Virus record (IMG/VR): IMGVR_UViG_3300045988_006074
Location: 1 to 36,145 of that record
Direction: 5' to 3' (one strand)
Length of the DNA: 36,145 nucleotides
Origin: a virus
Below are positions 14,943 through 23,504 of the stretch, piece after piece (position 1 is the first letter of the stretch; every line of letters begins with the position of its first letter). The notes beneath the pieces were generated by a model that worked only from the letters and a program-made list of their open reading frames with translations, searched no databases and was not told where the DNA came from. A program made the position numbers and the translations under genes.

Positions 14943-15051
14943 GCGGATAATTTACTTGCTGCGCTCCTGCGGCGTTCTGCGGCCCGGTAGGCATGTAATT
15001 ACTGTATGGGTTATACGGTTGATAAGTATTTCCATAGTACGGGTATGCCAT
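14896..15051 (-). CDS. N-terminal Tyr/Pro-rich portion of the split gene (51 aa).
   Basis: Hand translation: MAYPYYGNTYQPYNPYSNYMPTGPQNAAGAQQVNYPRERKKRRRRAQAGPK. The RBS is AGGAGAAAGGAA. Confidence 0.45.
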   Translation of the reverse strand: MAYPYYGNTYQPYNPYSNYMPTGPQNAAGAQQVNYPRERKKRRRRAQAGPK

Positions 15052-15171
15052 CGCTACACATTCCTTTCTCCTAGCATTGTATTGAATAGAATCACACTTT
15101 TTTATTTTCCATGTAAATCATACAACACATCGATGCGCGCTGTGCCTCAAATGCGCATCATCTTTGCGCAA

Positions 15172-15200
15172 ATAAAAAACGCCGCCCCGAAGGGCGGCGT
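15172..15200 (-). terminator. Strong rho-independent terminator at the end of the late/lysis operon.
   Basis: The minus strand reads ACGCCGCCC-TTCG-GGGCGGCGT followed by TTTTTTATTT. Confidence 0.85.
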
Positions 15201-15204
15201 AAGC

Positions 15205-15453
15205 TCAACTCTTAAAATATTTTGATGCAATTTCCATTTTCTTTTGAATCTCTGGGAGCCTGCGCTGTATTGTTGCCCTTCCGAGATATAGCTCAGAAGC
15301 GACGTCAACTTGAGGAAGGCGATCCACGAAATATAGTCGTGCGATTCGTTCATTCTCCAAGCCAATACCAGCCTCATCAATCACTTGCAAAAGCTCCGGC
15401 TTTGTAAGAGTCTCTAGGCCAAGCGGCAGCCTTCCACGCGCCTGCGGGCTCAT
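15205..15453 (-). CDS. Small sigma-70 region-4-like HTH protein.
   Basis: ERIARLYFVDRLPQVDVASELYLGRATIQRRLPEI. The start overlaps the endolysin stop as ATGA. Confidence 0.6.
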   Translation of the reverse strand: MSPQARGRLPLGLETLTKPELLQVIDEAGIGLENERIARLYFVDRLPQVDVASELYLGRATIQRRLPEIQKKMEIASKYFKS

Positions 15454-16250
15454 TTCCCCCGCAGCACCATCGCTGCGACTTCCTCGCGCTTGGCATACCC
15501 GCCAGGCCGTGTGCCGTCGGTGATTCCCGCCGCGACCGCCTGGGCCAGCTCCTCCTTTGCCCAGGCGCTGGCCTCGGTTCCCTTGCCCTCAAGGGCTACC
15601 TTGATGCGCTCGTCGATCAGCGCCACCACTTCTGCTTTCGTCATGTCGATCTCCTCCTTTGGTTTCATCGCATTTGCCACATCCTGCCGGAACCCCGCCA
15701 TCGTATACGGCAGGCCCAGGCCGCGCCAGAGGTGCTCCGGGTCGACGTGTCCGCTGGCAATACCACGTTTTCCACCTTCATTGTGGCTCAGAATCACGCC
15801 GTTCTGCAGCGGGTTCTTGCCGTGGAAGCTGCACAGCCGTGCAAAGAGCTGCACAGCGTTCTGGTACGTCTTGCGGCAATACGCCTGGGCCGCGGCCTTG
15901 TCCCGCACGGTAAAGCTTGCGCCGACCGTATAATGAATCTGTGCCGGTTCGCACATCTCAAAACCGATATACCCATTGTTCCCGGCAGGCTTTCCTGCGT
16001 GGGGCATACGCTTCACCTTGCCCGGCGTCTCCAAACATGGGGCCGTCAGATAGACCGCATCGGCTCCAATGAATCCGTTGATTCCAGCGTAGGTGAAGCT
16101 GGGCTTGTCCCACTGCCGGATGAAAACCAGCGGGTCCGGCTGACCGACGCCGACGGAGTGAAGGAAGAAACCCCGGAAGGCGGGGCCTGTGATCCACCGC
16201 CCATCCCGGAAATACGGATTCTGCGTCAGGTATTTAGCTATGATCTGCAT
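15450..16250 (-). CDS. Endolysin: N-acetylmuramoyl-L-alanine amidase (Amidase_2/PGRP type) with a C-terminal SLH-like motif.
   Basis: FFLHSVGVGQP...GYIGFEMCEP...ILSHNEGGKRGIASGHVDPEHLW. The C-terminus reads SAWAKEELAQAVAAGITDGTRPGGYAKREEVAAMVLR. An ATG at 16250 follows GAAGGTGG. Confidence 0.8.
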   Translation of the reverse strand: MQIIAKYLTQNPYFRDGRWITGPAFRGFFLHSVGVGQPDPLVFIRQWDKPSFTYAGINGFIGADAVYLTAPCLETPGKVKRMPHAGKPAGNNGYIGFEMCEPAQIHYTVGASFTVRDKAAAQAYCRKTYQNAVQLFARLCSFHGKNPLQNGVILSHNEGGKRGIASGHVDPEHLWRGLGLPYTMAGFRQDVANAMKPKEEIDMTKAEVVALIDERIKVALEGKGTEASAWAKEELAQAVAAGITDGTRPGGYAKREEVAAMVLRGK

Positions 16251-16509
16251 TTGCGCCACCTTCAATCATCTGTTTATACGCCTGGTGCATCCCCGTCGAC
16301 GCCAGACCGGATGCCATGCCACCCAGCAAAATTTCCGGCGACAGGGTAAAATCATGCAGCCACACGTTGACGATTGTGCCCAGCACCAACATCAGCAGCG
16401 GGATAAAGCGGTTAATTTTGTCCGACGGGATTGCGTGCTTCAGAACGTAGCCGATACACAAGCAAATACCAACCACGACCGCGACCAGATAATCATTCAG
16501 AAATTCCAT
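16234..16509 (-). CDS. Holin (Hol44 / phage_holin_5-like).
   Basis: LNDYLVAVVVGICLCIGYVLKHAIPSDKINRFIPLLMLVLGTIVNVWL...SGLASTGMHQAYKQ. It lies immediately upstream of the endolysin. Confidence 0.75.
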   Translation of the reverse strand: MEFLNDYLVAVVVGICLCIGYVLKHAIPSDKINRFIPLLMLVLGTIVNVWLHDFTLSPEILLGGMASGLASTGMHQAYKQMIEGGANADHS

Positions 16510-16522
16510 AAATACCTCCCTT

Positions 16523-16807
16523 TCACTGTACCGTGTGCTCTTTGAGCAGCCGTTTATAGTATTTTTTCACGTATCCGTTGCCGCCGAGTTTTATATACTT
16601 CCGTCCGGCAATAATCCGCTCCGGAATTGGCATATCCCGGGACATAGTAGTAAGCCGCAGAATTGCCAGATATTGCTCCCGGTCATGCTTTGTCAGCACC
16701 TTTACCTCGTTCAACAGCTTAACAATTGGCTTTCCCACCTTCTGCGCGATTAGCCCAACCGCGCTGACCAACGCCCCGGCGGTAATCAGCATCTCGTACC
16801 ATTCCAA
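16523..16807 (-). CDS. Membrane-anchored protein of the lysis cassette (one N-terminal TM helix).
   Basis: MEWYEMLITAGALVSAVGLIAQKVG... It has a TTG start after AAGGGGGTGA. The function is unassigned. Confidence 0.55.
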   Translation of the reverse strand: MEWYEMLITAGALVSAVGLIAQKVGKPIVKLLNEVKVLTKHDREQYLAILRLTTMSRDMPIPERIIAGRKYIKLGGNGYVKKYYKRLLKEHTVQ

Positions 16808-16819
16808 ACCATCACCCCC

Positions 16820-19111
16820 TTAAACACTGCCAATGGCAACCCAGGCCATCTGGCGGGTCGAGACGGTCGAAGAGCCGACGGCGGGGACGTTTACGGTGAA
16901 ATTTGTCGTTGTAACCGCATCGTTGAATACGGTACAAATTACGCCATTGAACGGCTGCCCGATAATCACGATCGGCTTTGCGGTGAACGTCGTCCCAAAA
17001 TTGATGGTTGTATTCGTCTGGCCCGTGTTTTTAAACTTGACGGCGGACCAACCGCAGACGATTTTCTTGCCGCCCAGCAGCGTCGTTTCGGCTCTGTTTG
17101 CCAGGTCGTATGCTTTTTTTACGGCGCCGGGCGTCGCGGCAGTGCCGCCGGCGGTGCCGGAGGTACTGAGGATGGAGTCCGAGAGCTTGACGTGCCCGTA
17201 ATTCGTCGATGTGCCCTTGCCGTAGGTCGTTGCCGTACTGGCATGATTCGTCGGGGCCTTTCCACTGACGGCGGCCTGTGCAGCCTCTGCCGCGCTCTGC
17301 GCGTCTGCGGCCGTCTGCGCCGCGTCCGTCGCGACCTGCCCCGCCTCATTGGCTAGGTCGTACGCACTGCTCGCTGCGCTGGAAGCCTGACTTGCCAGAT
17401 CATAGGCGGTTTTTACAGCCTTCGGCGTCGCCGCCACGCCGCCCGTGACATCCCCTGTACCATTCGTCGCATCCGAGAGCTTCACATGCCCGTACTGCGC
17501 AGCGCTGCCCGCGCCATACGTCGTCTGGGTGCTGGCGTGGGCCTTCGGGGCGCGCCCCTCCGCCATCGCTGCCGCATCCGCCGCGACCTGCTTTGCATCC
17601 ATGGCCACTGCATTTGCGTCCTGTGCCGTCCCGCTCGCCTGGTTCGCCAGATCATAGGCAGATTTCACAGCAGCAGGCGTCGCCGCGAAACCTCCGGAGA
17701 CGCTGGACGTGCTGGTGTGGGAATCCGAAAGCTTTACGTGCCCGTACTTGCTCCCGTCTCCCACTCCGTATGACGTCGCGGTGCTGGCGTGAGCCTTCGG
17801 GGCCTTGTCCGCGGCAGCGGAGGCCGCTGCTTCGGCCGCCGCCAATGCGTCAGCGGCAGTGCTCTGCGCCGCTTCGGCGGTGGCCTGCGCGCTGGCTGCG
17901 TCGGCGACAGCGTTTCCCGCGTCGGACAGTGCCTTGTTTGCAACGCCGGAAACAGATGCGGCAGCAGCAACGCTGCTGCGGATTGCGGCATCGCCGTTTT
18001 TTACAGCCGACGTCAGCGTCTGCGTCTTTGGGCCGATGGTTATCCTCGTGCTTGCCGGATCTGCAAGGTCTGTCGTTTTGGATGTGCAGAGCAGTTTCTT
18101 GTTAATACCGTGTGGCGTGGAGATAATGCGGACATAATCTCCGACATAGATAGGCTTCATGTCCGCATCGACAGCGCTGAGGTCCAGCGCCTCCGCCGAT
18201 ACGGTATTCAGTGCCTCTTTCTGCGCATTGAGATACGACTGCGCCGCCAGGAGAAGCTGACTCGGGTCCGTGATCTCGTCCCAAGTCTGCGTCCCCCAGA
18301 TATTCCGGTATTTTGCGATTGTTTCTGCGTCTGCCTTGATATACGATTTGCCATTGTTTACGCTTTCAATCGTTGTGCGGGTATCAACGCCATCCGGCTT
18401 GCCACCATAGGGAAGCAGCACAGTGATGATATCGCCGCCGACAATTCCATCCTCAATGCTCAGAAGATTTTTCCCGTACTCCACCGTCTGCTGCGCCACC
18501 CCGGTATAATCGGCCAGATAGTCGATGTATGTTACATCATTGACGTGCCGGGTGCGGAGATAGCCCCCCACCTGATTGATCAGCCCGTCGATCAGAAGGT
18601 CCCACGTGCTCTTGGCCGTATCCGCAGAATAGGTGTACCCTTTTTGGCCTTTTACCGTAACCTGCCCGATGGTAAACAGTTTCTCCCGGTTGGAGTTGTC
18701 AACGCTGGTGGTATACGCGTTGTGATTGGCAATCAGCCGCCGGAACAGATCCCCCGGTGTCGCAGTGCTGCCACCGTACACAAAGGGCGTGTGGACCGAG
18801 TCGCACAAAAAAGCAAGCTCCCCCTCGCAATAGACAGAGATAATACCATAAATGTCCTGTGTTGTCTCAATAACACGCCCCCGGAAGATGAGATCGTCTC
18901 CGTTGTAAACAGTCACTATGGTCATCAGTGCCCGGATATTGTTATACTCCGGATGCGTCGGCAGAATCTTAAAACTCAAGCTCCCATGTGCATTGACCGC
19001 CTGGTCCAGGGTCGGCTCCTCAACGTGCAGGTTTGGGTCGATCGCATTAGAGGAATGTACAAGGTGATCCTCTGTGCTGTCCGGATTTCGCCAATAGATT
19101 TTGTAATTCAC
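16820..19111 (-). CDS. Tail-associated protein (Tal, prophage-tail N-terminal domain) fused to a fibre region and a C-terminal receptor-binding-like domain.
   Basis: It lies after Dit, with a GTG start after AGGAGGG. The central part is Ala-rich coiled coil with three HAST..YG.V.LSD...AATP.AVK.AYDLA repeats. Confidence 0.8.
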   Translation of the reverse strand: MNYKIYWRNPDSTEDHLVHSSNAIDPNLHVEEPTLDQAVNAHGSLSFKILPTHPEYNNIRALMTIVTVYNGDDLIFRGRVIETTQDIYGIISVYCEGELAFLCDSVHTPFVYGGSTATPGDLFRRLIANHNAYTTSVDNSNREKLFTIGQVTVKGQKGYTYSADTAKSTWDLLIDGLINQVGGYLRTRHVNDVTYIDYLADYTGVAQQTVEYGKNLLSIEDGIVGGDIITVLLPYGGKPDGVDTRTTIESVNNGKSYIKADAETIAKYRNIWGTQTWDEITDPSQLLLAAQSYLNAQKEALNTVSAEALDLSAVDADMKPIYVGDYVRIISTPHGINKKLLCTSKTTDLADPASTRITIGPKTQTLTSAVKNGDAAIRSSVAAAASVSGVANKALSDAGNAVADAASAQATAEAAQSTAADALAAAEAAASAAADKAPKAHASTATSYGVGDGSKYGHVKLSDSHTSTSSVSGGFAATPAAVKSAYDLANQASGTAQDANAVAMDAKQVAADAAAMAEGRAPKAHASTQTTYGAGSAAQYGHVKLSDATNGTGDVTGGVAATPKAVKTAYDLASQASSAASSAYDLANEAGQVATDAAQTAADAQSAAEAAQAAVSGKAPTNHASTATTYGKGTSTNYGHVKLSDSILSTSGTAGGTAATPGAVKKAYDLANRAETTLLGGKKIVCGWSAVKFKNTGQTNTTINFGTTFTAKPIVIIGQPFNGVICTVFNDAVTTTNFTVNVPAVGSSTVSTRQMAWVAIGSV
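17099..17803 (-). repeat. Three intragenic tail-fibre repeat units (about 53 aa each) separated by Ala-rich linkers.
   Basis: The units are APKAHASTATSYGVGDGSKYGHVKLSD...AATPAAVKSAYDLAN, APKAHASTQTTYGAGSAAQYGHVKLSD...AATPKAVKTAYDLAS and APTNHASTATTYGKGTSTNYGHVKLSD...AATPGAVKKAYDLAN. Confidence 0.85.
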
Positions 19112-20187
19112 AGCACGCCCTCCTGATAAGTGATCGTGATAACGCCGTTGCCGTCTGGGTAGGTGTCGGGCGTAATCATAAGCTCAAGCATATCATGAAG
19201 CACAATATCATTATTCGACTTCGTCTCCCCAGCAGCGACATGAAGCGAAGCACCGAGAACCAGAGGCGGGCGCACAGACTTAACAACGGCGATTGTTGCG
19301 CCGTCGTTCGTGCAAGCGAATTTCGGCACAGTTGGGCGTGTGCATGACGTGAGCGTAGAAAGCGATGACTGACCGTTGTAGATTCTCTCGGCTCGGCCCG
19401 GCTTCATCCCGCTCATTTCAGTCGGATCGTACTTTGATGTTTCAACCGTGAGCGCAAAAACAGCACTGGGATTTATAGTGCTGATATCAGAAATTGGGAT
19501 GATGATTTCCGCCTGTTCCCCGACATCATACTGATATGAAAACGCCTTTCTTCCGTTTTGGCTGATAAAGGTGATCTCAAACGCACTCGAAGACAGCACC
19601 TCTCCAAAAAAGCGCAGTTTTGCATATCCATCGAATCCGACGCTCTGAAGCGTGTACGTTGTGACTCCGTCCTTCATCGATACATTGGAGAATTCAAGAT
19701 CGTACTCGAACAAATCGTCATTTGTCATCGTCACAGTCTTTACTGTCGGCGTCGCAGTCGTCCGGTACGGCCGCGCTACCGCCGTCACATCGACGTCCCA
19801 GGCATCCCCAGATGCGGACATCTGGCCGACCGTCAGGCGGCAGTCAAAGCAGAATTTATCAGATTCGTCCAGATACAATTTGCATCGCAGCCCCTGCAGG
19901 CAGGCCGCAAAGTGCAGATAGTCCTCCAGGCGCTTGTCTTGCGCCCCGTCAAGGCTCGGCATAACACGCCGGAAGTGTAAGACGATCTCGCGATCCTCAT
20001 ACACCACATGCCCCATCAGCGCTTCCGATAGGTCAATGCTGCCATTCGCCCCGGGGACATCGACGTAATTTGTTTTTGGCGCCGGAGGGGTTACCTCCGG
20101 CGCGCTTTTCTGGATGAGTCCGAAGTCAGCATAGGACTTTAGGACCCGGTCCCCAAAATCAAAAACCACATTTCTTGTAAGATTCAT
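19108..20187 (-). CDS. Distal tail protein (Dit, siphovirus tail component).
   Basis: It lies between the tape measure and Tal. The N-terminus reads ...KTNYVDVPGANGSIDLSEALMGHVVYEDREIVLHF. Confidence 0.75.
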   Translation of the reverse strand: MNLTRNVVFDFGDRVLKSYADFGLIQKSAPEVTPPAPKTNYVDVPGANGSIDLSEALMGHVVYEDREIVLHFRRVMPSLDGAQDKRLEDYLHFAACLQGLRCKLYLDESDKFCFDCRLTVGQMSASGDAWDVDVTAVARPYRTTATPTVKTVTMTNDDLFEYDLEFSNVSMKDGVTTYTLQSVGFDGYAKLRFFGEVLSSSAFEITFISQNGRKAFSYQYDVGEQAEIIIPISDISTINPSAVFALTVETSKYDPTEMSGMKPGRAERIYNGQSSLSTLTSCTRPTVPKFACTNDGATIAVVKSVRPPLVLGASLHVAAGETKSNNDIVLHDMLELMITPDTYPDGNGVITITYQEGVL

Positions 20188-20190
20188 TGT

Positions 20191-23100
20191 TTAATTTCCC
20201 CTCGCTTTCCGCCGCAGCGTTGTACCATAAAGCTCATCCAGGGCGCGCCCGCTCACTTGGGACGCACCAGTGACAAGCACCGGTTGATTTTCCGCAATCT
20301 TCGGCAGATATGCATCCAGCCGGTTCAGCACACGGGCAAGCTTTGCGTTCAGCGCGTCATATCCCCCCCGGGAGGTATCGCTGCGCGTTGTTTCCCAGGA
20401 AAAATACTTCACCCCGCCGACGGCAGACTTTTTGCCGGCGCTGCTTTCCAACTGCGCGGCGCTGGTTTGTACCCGCCATTTGGCAGAGGATAGGCCATCC
20501 GCAAACGCCTGCCCCGCATTGGCGCCGAGCTGATACAGGCGCTCCTTGAGATTTAGCGTCGTGGTAACCGTTGCCGATAGAATCGATGCAGCGACACGAA
20601 CCGAGCTCTGACTGCCACGCAGGCCGTTTTCAAGCCCCTCGCCTGCATACTGGCCCATCTGACGCAGCACCTTCGACGGGCTTGCAATACCCAGATAGGA
20701 TTTGATCGCATCGACGATAGACTGTGCAGACATTTCTGACGTGTCCTCCAGTCCTGGGATTGTGTCGTCCAAGCCCGCTGTGAGCCCCAGCAGGGCATCT
20801 TTACCGGTGCCCTCCATCTCGTCTGGTAATCCATCAAAAGCGGCTAACATGTTTTCTACAGACGTCTTGGCGGAATCCGATAGCTGACCGCCGCCCTCGA
20901 CAAGCATAGACAGCGTTGTCAGCGTTGCATTGCCCGCCTCCAGCTGACCTTCCGTCAGTCCAGCTGCAGCTAGCGCGTACTCGTTCGCGACCGCCTGTAC
21001 AGATTGATAGAGCTCCAGCAGCTCAGCCTGGCTCTTTCCTGCTGTGTTGTTCCGCTCGGCATAGTACTGGGAAACGATCCCCTGGAGCTCACCATAGGTG
21101 CTCTGCTCAGAAGAGATAGTCGCAGCCGCGTTGTCCGACAGCGCCGCCATTGCTTCCTGCTGGTATTGGTCATTCTGAGCCTGCATCGCGTCGTGGTGGG
21201 TCTTTGCCTCCTCCAGGCGTTTCTGGTATTCCTGCTCCGTAAGGGAACCCTCGACCTGGTACTGATTCTGAATCAGGGCCAGCTCGTTTAGATAATTGGT
21301 TTTCTCCAGCTCCGTTGCCTGCTCATAGGCAGCTTGGATATTGGAGATATACTGGGCCATTCCCTCCTGTGTGATTTGGTTCTTTTCCAGCTGGATTGCC
21401 TGCACGAGTGCCGCCTGCTGCTGCTGTGCAATGCCGAGCTTCTCGGCTTCTAGCTCCCGCAGATTGTCATAGTGCTGAGCGATCTCGTCGAGCTCCGTCT
21501 GCCGCAAAGCCCGGCTTTCTTCCAGTGCCGCCGCAAAGATGCGGTTGATTGCATTAGCCTCTGTCTCGATCTGGGAATCCAGGTCGCTGACGGTCTTGCC
21601 GGTGCTGGAAAGCAGAGTGTTGAGATCTGAAATATTGGGCTGCGCATCTTTGATTTTGTCAGAAAACGCGGTCACGCCCACCGCTGCCTCTTCCAGTTTC
21701 AGCCGAGCCTCATGCGCTGCGTCGCTAATTGGGCCGATGATCCCGCCTGTGATATCTGACAGCACATTCAGAACGGGCTCCAGTAAGTCACTCGTCGCAT
21801 GAACAATAGAGCTGACGCCGCCAATCAGTGACTTACTTATTGCATTGATAATGCTCGGCATCTGCTTTACAATGCTCTTTACAATGCTCGGAATCACGCG
21901 CACGATCTCCCCGAAGAGTTCCCCCGCCGCATCAATAACGACCGGTGACATCTGCAATAGCGAATCCGCGACGCTTTTTACCATCTTCGACGTCGACCGC
22001 ACGAAAGACGGCAAGATTTTGCTGAGAAGACCCGGGATTTTCGCGGAAAGCCGGGACACCAGTTCCGAAATGCCCTGCGACAGCCTGGGAAGCAGCTTTT
22101 GAATGCGCGGGATGACATTATCCGCGACCGTGTCGACGGAGTCCACGACGTTGTCTACCAGGGTGTCAAAATCCTGCGTGTCATCCGCCATGCCAGTTGT
22201 AAAATTCTTCCAGGCCGCACGCATAGCGCTGACGCTGCCCTGGATTGTCTCGCTGGCCTCCTTTGCCGTTGTGCCGGTAATGCCCATGTTAGTTTGCACA
22301 ACATGGATTGCCTCGATCATCTTGTCAAAGGACACCTCATTCACCGTCTGCTCTGTGACCTTCATCGTATCGCCGAGCACGCCGGAGTCGTTGATAAGGC
22401 GGGCCATTTCGCCCGCCGTGCCGCCATACCCAAGCTTGAGGTTATCGAGCATGGTATAATTCTGCTTTGCAAATCCCTGATAGGCATTCTGGATCATCTC
22501 CATATCCGTGCCCATCTTGTTTGCGTTGTCCGACATGTCGGTGATTGCCTGATCCGCAATCACCGACGCCGCCTCGGTATCGCCGCCAAGGCCCTGCAGC
22601 AGGGACGCAGAAAAGCTAGTGACCGTCTCCATGTAGTCGTTCGCAGACAATCCAGCGGTTTTATATGCATTGTTCGCGTACGCGATCACTTTATCCGAGC
22701 TGCTCTTGAATAGCGTCTCAACGCCGCCAACGAGCTGCTCATAGTCGGAGTAATCCTCAACACTTTGCTTCACCACAGCTCCGAACGCCGCAGCTGCAGC
22801 GGCCGTGACAGCTGCAAGCGACTTTACGGCAGCTGCCGCAGCAGGCTTAAGTTTGGTAAGCGCCTTTTTCCACGCACTACCAAAGCCGTCTGCCTTTTTC
22901 TTCGCCTTCTCCGCATCGTCTCCAGTGTCGCCAAGAGATTTGCCCAGACGGTCCATCTCCTTTTTGAGACTTCCGGCCTCCTTTTCCGCTTCGGCAAGCT
23001 TCGCCGCCAGCTCCTGTGTCTCTTTCGATGTTTCGCCGGTCTCCTGCACAGATCGATTAAACTGCTTTGTCAGGTCGTCGACTTCTTTGCTCGCAGACTC

Positions 23101-23268
23101 GTACTGTTCGCCCAGGCTATTGATTTTGTTGCGCAGGGCCTCTGAATCCTTCCCGGTCGTTTTCATATCGCCGCCAAGGGATTTACAGGCTTTCGACACC
23201 CGATCCACGCCGCTGTCAAAGTCGCCGGTGTCCACAGAGATTTTGACGAACAGATCAAATAGATTCAT
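20191..23268 (-). CDS. Tape measure protein.
   Basis: A 1025-aa helical, Ala/Gln-rich protein directly after the chaperone pair. Confidence 0.9.
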   Translation of the reverse strand: MNLFDLFVKISVDTGDFDSGVDRVSKACKSLGGDMKTTGKDSEALRNKINSLGEQYESASKEVDDLTKQFNRSVQETGETSKETQELAAKLAEAEKEAGSLKKEMDRLGKSLGDTGDDAEKAKKKADGFGSAWKKALTKLKPAAAAAVKSLAAVTAAAAAAFGAVVKQSVEDYSDYEQLVGGVETLFKSSSDKVIAYANNAYKTAGLSANDYMETVTSFSASLLQGLGGDTEAASVIADQAITDMSDNANKMGTDMEMIQNAYQGFAKQNYTMLDNLKLGYGGTAGEMARLINDSGVLGDTMKVTEQTVNEVSFDKMIEAIHVVQTNMGITGTTAKEASETIQGSVSAMRAAWKNFTTGMADDTQDFDTLVDNVVDSVDTVADNVIPRIQKLLPRLSQGISELVSRLSAKIPGLLSKILPSFVRSTSKMVKSVADSLLQMSPVVIDAAGELFGEIVRVIPSIVKSIVKQMPSIINAISKSLIGGVSSIVHATSDLLEPVLNVLSDITGGIIGPISDAAHEARLKLEEAAVGVTAFSDKIKDAQPNISDLNTLLSSTGKTVSDLDSQIETEANAINRIFAAALEESRALRQTELDEIAQHYDNLRELEAEKLGIAQQQQAALVQAIQLEKNQITQEGMAQYISNIQAAYEQATELEKTNYLNELALIQNQYQVEGSLTEQEYQKRLEEAKTHHDAMQAQNDQYQQEAMAALSDNAAATISSEQSTYGELQGIVSQYYAERNNTAGKSQAELLELYQSVQAVANEYALAAAGLTEGQLEAGNATLTTLSMLVEGGGQLSDSAKTSVENMLAAFDGLPDEMEGTGKDALLGLTAGLDDTIPGLEDTSEMSAQSIVDAIKSYLGIASPSKVLRQMGQYAGEGLENGLRGSQSSVRVAASILSATVTTTLNLKERLYQLGANAGQAFADGLSSAKWRVQTSAAQLESSAGKKSAVGGVKYFSWETTRSDTSRGGYDALNAKLARVLNRLDAYLPKIAENQPVLVTGASQVSGRALDELYGTTLRRKARGN

Positions 23269-23504
23269 CTTTTACTCACCTGCCTTTTTCTCTGCGATCC
23301 GCCTGACAAGGTCTGCCGCAACCTCCTCCGCGTCGCATGGTTCCTCCGGCTTACCGCCCGGCAGGACAATCTCCATCCAGTCCGTCAGCCGCTTACCACT
23401 GACGGCGTCCATCACGCTGTTTAGGCACTCCGCCACATAGCACTGAAACGCCAGTCCCAGCGACAGGTCGTCAAACCGCGCCGCGCAAAACGTGAGGAAA
23501 GCGT
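23269..23504 (-). CDS. T-portion of the tail assembly chaperone, with no start codon. It is reached from the 23505..23909 frame by a -1 shift.
   Basis: The -1 frame is open from about 23618 to the TAA at 23272. It reads ...VNAFLTFCAARFDDLSLGLAFQCYVAECLNSVMDAVSGKRLTDWMEIVLPGGKPEEPCDAEEVAADLVRRIAEKKAGE. No ATG/RBS ORF fills this 236-nt gap. Confidence 0.6.
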
